64,000 nucleotides of DNA from a virus. Lineage: Duplodnaviria; Caudoviricetes. The stretch lies in IMG/VR virus record IMGVR_UViG_3300025016_000004. The stretch is one strand, 5' to 3'. Numbering within the stretch: position 1 is the first letter of the stretch; every line of letters starts with the position of its first letter. Below are positions 51,261 to 59,397 of this stretch, in pieces. The translations under genes were made by a program, and so were the position numbers. The notes under the pieces are model-generated. The model saw only the letters and a list, made by a program, of their open reading frames with translations. It was not told the DNA's origin and did no database searches.

Positions 51261-51291
51261 TTGTAATAATTTCTTTTCTGTAGTATAATTG
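51261..51291 (+). promoter_or_regulatory. Host-type promoter for the SSB/recombinase operon
   Basis: TTGTAA-17-TATAAT; it also reads as TTG-20-TATAATTG, one mismatch to Bacteroidota TAnnTTTG. Confidence 0.65.
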
Positions 51292-51422
51292 CATCACGTT
51301 ACTTAAATTCAGTTTAATTAACTAAAGATTGCCGCTGATGAATTATAACTGGTGGTAATACAAATAAAGACCCCGATATTAAAAAACGAAGTCGGGCCAT
51401 TAAAAACAATTAATAAATTATT

Positions 51423-52355
51423 ATGGAAACACAAAAAAACTCAGTGTTAGACGCAATGCTTTCTCAGTATGAAAAAGCTACATCATTCTCAAGTGAAAAT
51501 TCATTTGATATTAAAAACTATTTTACAACTTTCTTACCTGATGGTATTGATAGTAAAATGAAACACATCAGAATTTTACCTGTAAACGGTTCTCCTTTTC
51601 AAGAAGTTCACGTTCATAGTGCAAAAGTTGATGGTAAAAATCGTAAATTTACATGTATCGCTAAATTAGAAGACGTACCATGTCCTTTCTGCGAAGCAAG
51701 AGAGAGACTTATGGCTACTGGCGAAAAAAGTGACGATGAATTAGCGAAAAGCTATAAATCTAGGTTAATGTATGTTGTTAAAGTAATTGATAGAGAAAAT
51801 GAGGCTGACGGCCCAAAATTCTGGAGATTCCCAATCAACTATAAGAAAGAAGGTATCATGGACAAAATCATGGCATCTGTTCAAATGGTTGGTGAAGATA
51901 TCACTGATGCAGAAACTGGAAGAGATTTAGTTCTTAACGTTGTAAGAGTTAAAAACCCAAGAGGTGGAACATATCCAGCAGTAAATTCAGTACAAGCAAT
52001 GGACAGAAAACCATTAAGTTCTGATGCTAAATTATCTAAAAAATGGGTTGAAGACAAAAAAACATGGCAAGATGTTTATTCAGTGAAAGATTATGATTAT
52101 TTAAAATTAATCGTGATGGGAGAAGTTCCAGCTTGGAGTAAAAAACTTGAAAAGTTTGTTGCTAAATCAAGCTTATCTCCTGAAGACGAACAAGATACCG
52201 CTGAAGACTTAGATTCTAAAGTGAGTATGGGTGCAAATGCACAAAAAAAATCTGAAACTCCAATTGAAACTGAAGTTCCAGTTGCCTCTAAAGAGACAAC
52301 ATATGTGGCTGATGTTGATATTGATGAAGAAGAAGATGATGATTTACCATTTTAA
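51423..52355 (+). CDS. Single-stranded DNA-binding protein (T4 gp32-like)
   Basis: IRILP...F.EV..H......C......CPFCE...V.VIDR.....K.W.F......D.ETGRD and an acidic tail ending EEEDDDLPF. Confidence 0.85.
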   Translation: METQKNSVLDAMLSQYEKATSFSSENSFDIKNYFTTFLPDGIDSKMKHIRILPVNGSPFQEVHVHSAKVDGKNRKFTCIAKLEDVPCPFCEARERLMATGEKSDDELAKSYKSRLMYVVKVIDRENEADGPKFWRFPINYKKEGIMDKIMASVQMVGEDITDAETGRDLVLNVVRVKNPRGGTYPAVNSVQAMDRKPLSSDAKLSKKWVEDKKTWQDVYSVKDYDYLKLIVMGEVPAWSKKLEKFVAKSSLSPEDEQDTAEDLDSKVSMGANAQKKSETPIETEVPVASKETTYVADVDIDEEEDDDLPF

Positions 52356-52381
52356 TTAACGGTAAATTAAATAAGAAGTGA

Positions 52382-52412
52382 AAGGGGGTGAGGTTACCTA
52401 CCCCCTTATTTT
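52382..52412 (+). terminator. Intrinsic terminator
   Basis: aagggggt(g)agg-tta-cctaccccctt followed by atttt. Confidence 0.65.
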
Positions 52413-52470
52413 AGCTCTAATAATAACGAAATAGGGTTAAAATTAAATAAACTCAGGGGGCTCAATAATT

Positions 52471-53568
52471 ATGGCTAAAAAACCATCAAAAACGACTGTA
52501 GCAAAGACCGAATACAGTTTAGAAGATTTTAAAAAATCACAAGGCATTCAAAAAACAATAAAAGATAAAGATTTAACTTGGGTTCCATTATCAAAAGCAT
52601 GGCATGATGCGATTAAATTACCAGGATTTGCTAGAGGTTTTGTAAACTCAGTAAGAGGTTACTCAAACACTGGTAAATCAACTGCGTTTTATGAGGCAAT
52701 TGCTGGGGCGCAAAGAATAGGTGACTTACCAGTTATATTTGAAACTGAAGGTAACTTTAATTGGACTCACGCTAGGTTATGCGGAATGCAATTTGAGGAA
52801 GTAGTGGATGAAGAAACGGGTGAAATCACTTATGGTGGTAATTTCCTGTTTATGGGTAATAAAGATTTACTTGATAGGTATCAAAATTATGACCACCAAC
52901 ACAGTAAAGAAGGTAAAACACCATTAAGATATGAACCAGTTTTGGAAGATATCGCTTTATATATGACAGAATTATTAGATTTACAAGCTGAAGGAAAATT
53001 AAATGAAAACCTATGTTTCTTATGGGATTCCATCGGAACTTTAAATGGTTTTAAATCTGCAATATCTAAAACAACTAACAATATGTGGAATGCTGGTTCA
53101 ATGAAAGTATTTCAAGCAATTGTTAATTTTAGAATACCAACTTCTAGAAGAGAAGATAGTGAATTTACAAATACATTTATTTGTGTACAAAAAATTTGGT
53201 ATGATAGTATGAATATGAAGATTAAACACAGTTGTGGTGAATTTATGTTCTTTAACTCTAGATTAATAGTTCATATGGGTGGCATTATTTCACATGGCAC
53301 ATCTAAACTTAAAGCAACTGCTTTAGGAAATGAATTTCAATATGGAACTGAAGTAAAAATTTCTTGTGAAAAGAATCATATTAATGGTATTGAAAAGAAA
53401 GGTAGTATTGCTTCAACACCGCATGGTTTCTGGAACCCAGATGAATTAGACGCTTATAAGAAAGAAAAAAGAGATTTCATACATGAAAATCTAAATGTGT
53501 CTTATGATGTTGAAATAGCATATACGACTGAAGAGGGTGAAAAATCTGTTGAAGATTTAGGAGCTTAA
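52471..53568 (+). CDS. uvsX: RecA/UvsX-like recombinase
   Basis: Walker A GYSNTGKST, FETEG, Walker B-like FLWDSIG, and KISCEKNHI. Confidence 0.8.
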   Translation: MAKKPSKTTVAKTEYSLEDFKKSQGIQKTIKDKDLTWVPLSKAWHDAIKLPGFARGFVNSVRGYSNTGKSTAFYEAIAGAQRIGDLPVIFETEGNFNWTHARLCGMQFEEVVDEETGEITYGGNFLFMGNKDLLDRYQNYDHQHSKEGKTPLRYEPVLEDIALYMTELLDLQAEGKLNENLCFLWDSIGTLNGFKSAISKTTNNMWNAGSMKVFQAIVNFRIPTSRREDSEFTNTFICVQKIWYDSMNMKIKHSCGEFMFFNSRLIVHMGGIISHGTSKLKATALGNEFQYGTEVKISCEKNHINGIEKKGSIASTPHGFWNPDELDAYKKEKRDFIHENLNVSYDVEIAYTTEEGEKSVEDLGA

Positions 53569-53590
53569 TATTAACGTTAAAAAAAGGATT

Positions 53591-54664
53591 ATGGCTAATA
53601 AGCCGAGAAAATTTAATACTCTTAGTAGTAATACTAAGAATATTTTACTTGTTGATGGAAACGCCCTATTTAAGTTGGGATTTTTTGGGGCGAAAGATAT
53701 GTTTACTAGGGATGGTAAACACATAGGTGGACTCTATGCGTTTATTACCATCCTTAGAAAACTTCTTGAAGAAAAACTGTATCATAGGGTCTTTGTATTT
53801 TGGGATGGTAAATTTAGTGGTAAGATGAGATGGCAATTATACTCAGATTACAAAGTAGACCGAAATAAAGATTACATCAATGGTACGCACCCAGTTGACA
53901 TACAAGAGGTAACTGAAAAATTTTTAATAAGACAATATCTAGAAGAATTATGTATTAGACAAATGATTGATAATACTAATGCTGGTGTTGAAGCTGATGA
54001 TTTCATAGCTTATTATTGTAAAATTAAAAGTGCTGATGAAAAAATTACTATTTGTACAACGGATAGAGATTTGTGTCAATTAATTAATGAAGATGTTAGG
54101 ATATATTTGTGTGATAAGAAAGCGTATATCGATACCAAAAATTATCGAGAGCATTTCAAACATCACCATAAAAATAGTAAACTGATAAAAATTATTGGTG
54201 GTGATAATAGTGATTGTATTAAGGGAATTAGCGGTGTTAAAGAAACTACATTACTAAAATACTTCCCTCAATTAGCTGAAAGAGAAATATCATTACAAGA
54301 AATAATTACTTTAGCTAAGGAATATCAAGAGGAAAGGATTAAAGAAAAGAAAAAACCAATAAAAGCATTGACAAATATTATTGAATCTAACACTGATGGT
54401 GTACAGGGTAAGGATATTTACAAAATCAATGAAGTGATTATTGATTTAAGTAATCCTTTAATTGATAAAGTAAATCAACAGTTATTGAAATATAACAAAG
54501 GGTCTATGGGTGATTTTGAAGAACGTGGAATTAAAAACGTTTACACATATATGAAACGTGATGGTGTTGCAAAACAAATTGAATCATTCAGTACCAACTA
54601 TCTTTTACCTTTTAAACAACTGATAGAAAGAGAGAAAAAAGAAGCGAATTTAATAAATAATTAA
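53591..54664 (+). CDS. 5'-3' exonuclease / flap endonuclease (T4 RNase H or T5 D15-like)
   Basis: LLVDGN, FWDG, YK.DR, EADDFIA, TTDRDLCQL, GGDNSDCIKGISGV. Confidence 0.92.
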   Translation: MANKPRKFNTLSSNTKNILLVDGNALFKLGFFGAKDMFTRDGKHIGGLYAFITILRKLLEEKLYHRVFVFWDGKFSGKMRWQLYSDYKVDRNKDYINGTHPVDIQEVTEKFLIRQYLEELCIRQMIDNTNAGVEADDFIAYYCKIKSADEKITICTTDRDLCQLINEDVRIYLCDKKAYIDTKNYREHFKHHHKNSKLIKIIGGDNSDCIKGISGVKETTLLKYFPQLAEREISLQEIITLAKEYQEERIKEKKKPIKALTNIIESNTDGVQGKDIYKINEVIIDLSNPLIDKVNQQLLKYNKGSMGDFEERGIKNVYTYMKRDGVAKQIESFSTNYLLPFKQLIEREKKEANLINN

Positions 54665-54666
54665 TT

Positions 54667-55227
54667 ATGGAAAAAAGGACAGGCATCGTAAAACCATTTG
54701 AGTTTTCATTAAAGATTAATGATAATATCATTTGTCAAAGATTTTTTAGTATCAAAAATTATAATAGTGATAGTAGAGAGTCTTTAGAGATTAAAGAAAT
54801 GATGGATGAAATCATGGGAGTAAATCAAAATTTAACATTAGGCCTTATACCTGAATTTTTCAAGTACCAATGTATTGATAATTCATATAAACCTTACAAT
54901 TTACAAAACAACAATTTGTTTAACAAAGATGATTATTTTACATTAGAAGTGTCCAAAAATAATGTGAATAAATTGAAAAATAAAAACGGTCAGTTTGATA
55001 TTACGGATTTAAAAAAAGACGTTATAGCTTCAGGAACGTTTGATGGTAATTTATTCCACCCAAATGTGAGGTATGAGATTGATATTAGAGGTATTATCCC
55101 AGAGATTATTAATATAATCTCAAAGTATTTGAGCCTGAAGGAATATACACATCATTTTGGTAGTGTTAAATTAACTAGGCTTAATAGACTAAGTGCTTAT
55201 GATTTAGAGAGAATAAAACAAGATTAA
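54667..55227 (+). CDS. Hypothetical protein
   Basis: 186-aa ORF tightly packed between the exonuclease and helicase genes. Confidence 0.75.
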   Translation: MEKRTGIVKPFEFSLKINDNIICQRFFSIKNYNSDSRESLEIKEMMDEIMGVNQNLTLGLIPEFFKYQCIDNSYKPYNLQNNNLFNKDDYFTLEVSKNNVNKLKNKNGQFDITDLKKDVIASGTFDGNLFHPNVRYEIDIRGIIPEIINIISKYLSLKEYTHHFGSVKLTRLNRLSAYDLERIKQD

Positions 55228-55228
55228 T

Positions 55229-57679
55229 ATGAGTGACATCAACAAGCAAGATGGTTTTGGATTTTTAGGAATTCCTTACCAAAGAAGACTTATAACCCAA
55301 TTAATCACAGACCATAAATTTGCTACAAATATAATGGGGATAGTAGACCCAAACTACTTCACAGATTTATATTTGAGAATTATAGCATCTGAAATAAAAA
55401 ATGCGTTTGAGACTGATGAAGTTATACCAGATATTGAAAGCTTAGAATTTAGGTTAAATGGTAGAAAAGATAATGAAACTACTAAACTATATATCAAAGC
55501 ATCAATAGCTGAAATTAAAGATGGTAACCTGAACGATTCAGAATATGTTCAGGATATGGCCATGAAATTTTGTAAACAACAAGAATTAAAGAAATCAGTT
55601 CATGAAATTCAAGAAATAATAGATAAAGGTGATTTAGATTCATATGATGAATGTGAAGAAATATTAAAAAGAGCGTTAGAAGTCGGAAGTGATAAAGATT
55701 CTGGAATTGATGTTTTTTTTAATATTGAGGCAGTTCTAGAGGATGATTTTAGAAAACCAATACCTACAGGTATTGCTGGTTTAGATGATAAAATGGGTGG
55801 TGGTTTATCAAAAGGTGAATTGGGTGTTATATTAGCACCGTTTGGTGTTGGTAAAGCACAACCATTACATTCTAAAATATTAACACCTAATGGTTGGACT
55901 ACTATGGGTGAGATACAAGTTGGTGATGAAGTTATAAGTAGGGATGGTAAAGCGACTAAAGTCACTGGAGTGTTTCCACAAGGCGTTAGACCAATTTATG
56001 AGGTTAGATTTAATGATAATACTAAAACTTTATGTGATGCTGAACATTTATGGTCAGTTAATACAATCAATCAACGAAATAGAAAAACTAAAAAAAATGG
56101 TGTGATGGTTAAATTAGAACCTGATAATTCATTTAAAACTTTAAAAACTATTGATATGGTTGATAAAGTTAGGGTTTGGGGTAATAAGCGTTTAAATTAT
56201 AAAATACCAAATATCTTACCCGTAAATTTTAATAAAAATGAATTAATTATTAACCCATATTTATTAGGTGTTATATTAGGTGATGGATGTATAACTGAAC
56301 ATAATCAACCCCATATTACAACTAAAGATGTTGAATTAATAGATGAAATTGAAAAATATCATAATAATATTAATATTACTGAGCAAACACGAATGTTTGA
56401 AGTTTACAAAAATGGGAAATTTGAAAATGTAGAAAGAACCTTAACAAAAATTTCTTTATTAGGTATTAAAGATGATTTAAGTAGTTTAAAATTATATGGT
56501 TGTAATTCAGAAACTAAATTTATCCCACATAACTATCTATATTCTTCAGTTGAAGATAGAGTTTCGTTATTACAAGGATTAGTAGATACTGATGGTTATA
56601 TTGGTAACAATAGAATTGAGATTTGTACCGTATCAAAAATGATGTCGGAACAAATCAAAGAATTAGTATTGTCATTAGGTGGTACTTGTAATATAGGTGT
56701 AAAAATTGGTAGTTATTTGAAAGAGGGGGTTAAAATTAGATGTAAAAAAGCATATCGAGTTTATTTTAGTTTACCAACACAAATAAAATTTAATCCATGT
56801 AGACTTGAAAGGAAGTTGAATAATTTAAGTAAAAGGTCTAAATATGCTAATAATAAATTTATTACTAGTATTGAATATTCACATGAGGAAGAAGCTCAAT
56901 GTATTATGGTTGATAATCCAGAACATTTATATATAACTGATGATTATATAGTAACACATAACACAACCATGGTCACCAAAATAGCCAACGAAGCTTTTAA
57001 TCATGGATATAATGTTCTTCAAATATTTTTTGAAGATATTCCTAAAGTGATTCAAAGAAAACATTTATCATGTTGGACTGGGATAGCTCAAAACGATTTA
57101 CCATTAAAAGCAAACAGACCCATCATTGATGAAGTCATGAAAGAAAAAAATGATGGTAAAGGGTATTTAGAATTGAAAAAATTTCCTAGTGATGGAACAA
57201 CAATTCCTATGATTAAAAATTATATTAGAAAACTAGCAGCCGCTGGTAGAAAACCTGATGTAATTTTAATTGATTACATTGATTGTGTATCATCAACCAA
57301 ACATTACGATAAGGGATATGAGGCTGAAGGGCCAATTATGAGACAATTCGAATCATTATTGAGCGAATTTGATTTGGTTGGATGGACTGCAATTCAAGGT
57401 AATCGATGTGTTTCATTAGATACTATTATTGAAGATTCTAAACGTGGTAAAATTGAAATTAGAGATGTTAAGTTAGGGGATGAAATTTTAACTCATAAGG
57501 GTTACAAAAAAGTTACCCATATATTTCCTATTGCTAAGCAACCAGTTTATAAAATAAAATTAAAATCTGGTAAAACCATTAAAGTATCTAAAAAACATAA
57601 GTTCCCAACAAAAGATGGTGAAATGTTATCAATTGAAGATGGTTTAAAAGTTGGAAACATACTTTTAGGTAAAAAATAA
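55229..57679 (+). CDS. dnaB: DnaB/gp41-like replicative helicase, N-terminal half (contiguous intein plus split-intein IntN)
   Basis: PTG...LD....GG...GELGVILAP.GVGK|T Walker A, LIDYID Walker B; ends QGNR|C-IntN-stop. Confidence 0.93.
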   Translation: MSDINKQDGFGFLGIPYQRRLITQLITDHKFATNIMGIVDPNYFTDLYLRIIASEIKNAFETDEVIPDIESLEFRLNGRKDNETTKLYIKASIAEIKDGNLNDSEYVQDMAMKFCKQQELKKSVHEIQEIIDKGDLDSYDECEEILKRALEVGSDKDSGIDVFFNIEAVLEDDFRKPIPTGIAGLDDKMGGGLSKGELGVILAPFGVGKAQPLHSKILTPNGWTTMGEIQVGDEVISRDGKATKVTGVFPQGVRPIYEVRFNDNTKTLCDAEHLWSVNTINQRNRKTKKNGVMVKLEPDNSFKTLKTIDMVDKVRVWGNKRLNYKIPNILPVNFNKNELIINPYLLGVILGDGCITEHNQPHITTKDVELIDEIEKYHNNINITEQTRMFEVYKNGKFENVERTLTKISLLGIKDDLSSLKLYGCNSETKFIPHNYLYSSVEDRVSLLQGLVDTDGYIGNNRIEICTVSKMMSEQIKELVLSLGGTCNIGVKIGSYLKEGVKIRCKKAYRVYFSLPTQIKFNPCRLERKLNNLSKRSKYANNKFITSIEYSHEEEAQCIMVDNPEHLYITDDYIVTHNTTMVTKIANEAFNHGYNVLQIFFEDIPKVIQRKHLSCWTGIAQNDLPLKANRPIIDEVMKEKNDGKGYLELKKFPSDGTTIPMIKNYIRKLAAAGRKPDVILIDYIDCVSSTKHYDKGYEAEGPIMRQFESLLSEFDLVGWTAIQGNRCVSLDTIIEDSKRGKIEIRDVKLGDEILTHKGYKKVTHIFPIAKQPVYKIKLKSGKTIKVSKKHKFPTKDGEMLSIEDGLKVGNILLGKK
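55856..56962 (+). mobile_element. Class 3-type intein (Ala1, WCT triplet) with LAGLIDADG endonuclease in the helicase P-loop (369 aa)
   Basis: GK|AQPLHSKILTPNGW...DAEHLW...EAQCIMV...IVTHN|T; LGVILGDG and LQGLVDTDG motifs. Confidence 0.9.
57407..57676 (+). mobile_element. Split intein N-fragment of dnaB (90 aa)
   Basis: CVSLDTII...IEIRDVKLGDEI...VSKKHKFPT; blocks A and B only, then a stop. Confidence 0.92.
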
Positions 57680-57746
57680 TAATAATCTTTTTTGTATTGC
57701 ACTTAAACTTTTACATTATCGGTGATATTTATATTAAAATATTATC

Positions 57747-58889
57747 ATGATTAAAATTGACGTAGAAAATGTAATTAATAGAAAAACCATAAAACCCCTT
57801 TATCTAAAAGGGGTTTTAACTCAAAGACATAAAAATGAAATAAATAATATTTGTGATGTATATAATAGTGTTACTATAAAAAATAGAATTAAAAATATAC
57901 ACGATTTTATAAAATATGATGTTGACGGTACAATCCCTTGGGTTAAAAGGTTGGAAATTATACAGAAAGAATTGAATAATGATATTGCTAGTAAGTATGC
58001 CTTAGAAATAAGATATGGTAAGTGTAATGTAGATAAAAAGAGGTTTGAATTGGGGGTTAAGTTTTCTCATACTTTGGAAAAGTATATTGAAAAATATGGT
58101 AAAATAATCGGTAATGAAAAGTATGATGAATATTTAAGAAAATCTAAAACACCTTGGGGTTTAAAAGGTTGTGTGGATAGATATGGTGAAATAGAAGGTA
58201 AAAAAAAATGGGTGGAAAGGTTAAATAAAAAAATAAACACTCAAAATGAAAGAAAAAAAATAAAACCATATAGGAATGGTAGGACATTGAATGAATATCA
58301 AAATAAATATGGTGTAAAACTTGGTTACTTTAAGTGGAAAAAAAGAAATGAAAAGCAGAGTTATAGATTCTCAAAAAAATATTATATAAATACTTATGGT
58401 AGTGAAAAAGGTAATATTAAATGGGTTGAGTATAAAAAAAGTATGGATAAAACTTCCTTAAAAAGTTTTATCAATAGGTATGGAGAAAAAGATGGGATTA
58501 ATAAATATGAATCTTATTTAAGTAAAATTAATGATAGTGGTGTTTTTTATAGTAAAAGTTCACAAAAGTTATTTTGGTTAATTTATAATCAATTAAGTGA
58601 CGATAAGAAAAAACTTTGTCGTTTTGCAAAATTAAATGGTGAAGAATATTTCATAGTAAATAAATTTGGTTTTAACAATATTTTAGTAGATTTTAAATGT
58701 GAGAATAAAATAATCGAATTTGATGGAGATTATTGGCATTTAAATAAAAAACAAATTGAAATTGATAAATTGAGGGATGAGTTTTTAACTTCTAAGGGTT
58801 ATCAGATTTTAAGGGTTAGAGATAGTGAATTTGAGGTTAATAAAGAAAAAGTAATTAAAGAATGTATAAAATTTATAAAAAATGAATAA
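57747..58889 (+). CDS. Free-standing Vsr/DUF559-like endonuclease between the dnaB halves
   Basis: At least five KYGxxxGxxK(W/Y) repeats; C-terminal VDF...KIIEFDGDYWH...D..RD..L..KGY.ILRV. Confidence 0.8.
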   Translation: MIKIDVENVINRKTIKPLYLKGVLTQRHKNEINNICDVYNSVTIKNRIKNIHDFIKYDVDGTIPWVKRLEIIQKELNNDIASKYALEIRYGKCNVDKKRFELGVKFSHTLEKYIEKYGKIIGNEKYDEYLRKSKTPWGLKGCVDRYGEIEGKKKWVERLNKKINTQNERKKIKPYRNGRTLNEYQNKYGVKLGYFKWKKRNEKQSYRFSKKYYINTYGSEKGNIKWVEYKKSMDKTSLKSFINRYGEKDGINKYESYLSKINDSGVFYSKSSQKLFWLIYNQLSDDKKKLCRFAKLNGEEYFIVNKFGFNNILVDFKCENKIIEFDGDYWHLNKKQIEIDKLRDEFLTSKGYQILRVRDSEFEVNKEKVIKECIKFIKNE

Positions 58890-59397
58890 AAATGAAATTA
58901 TGAATCTAGAGGGGTTTACTTTAGATGAAATAGAGAGTATTGACTTAATAGGTGAAGAAGATACCATAGATATAACTGTGGATGATACCCATATGTTTTT
59001 CGCTAATGATATATATACACATAATTCATCGATTAATGCTGAAAATGTTGATTCAAGTATGATTGGTGGGTCAATCAAAAAAGGTCAAATTGGGCATTTT
59101 ATTGTTTCAATAGCTAAAGATTTAGACCAAAAAGAGGGTGGTAGAGCTAATATGGCGATATTAAAATCTAGGTTTGGTGTAGATGGAATTATTTTTACTG
59201 ATGTAGTATTTGATAACTCCAAAATACAAATAACTATTGATGAAGGTAAAGTATTAAAAGCTTCAGAAATGGATGACTATAAGAATGAACAAGTTAAAGG
59301 AAGAATGAAAGATTTGTTCGAACAATATGAAAAAACTAAAGAAGTTTTAATCACTTCTGAAGTTGATAAAAAAGAAAAAACAGAGGATGTTAACTAA
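58882..59397 (+). CDS. dnaB: DnaB helicase C-terminal half preceded by split-intein IntC (48 aa, 58882-59025)
   Basis: ...EDTIDITVDDTHMFFANDIYTHN|SSINAE...GGSIKKGQIGHFIVSI...ILKSRFG (helicase motifs H3/H4 and the arginine finger). Confidence 0.92.
   Translation: MNKNEIMNLEGFTLDEIESIDLIGEEDTIDITVDDTHMFFANDIYTHNSSINAENVDSSMIGGSIKKGQIGHFIVSIAKDLDQKEGGRANMAILKSRFGVDGIIFTDVVFDNSKIQITIDEGKVLKASEMDDYKNEQVKGRMKDLFEQYEKTKEVLITSEVDKKEKTEDVN

Noticed and set aside
51334-51396. Hammerhead ribozyme (contains CTGATGA)
   Set aside because: No GAAA core or three-stem arrangement follows; the nearest match is cgaag.
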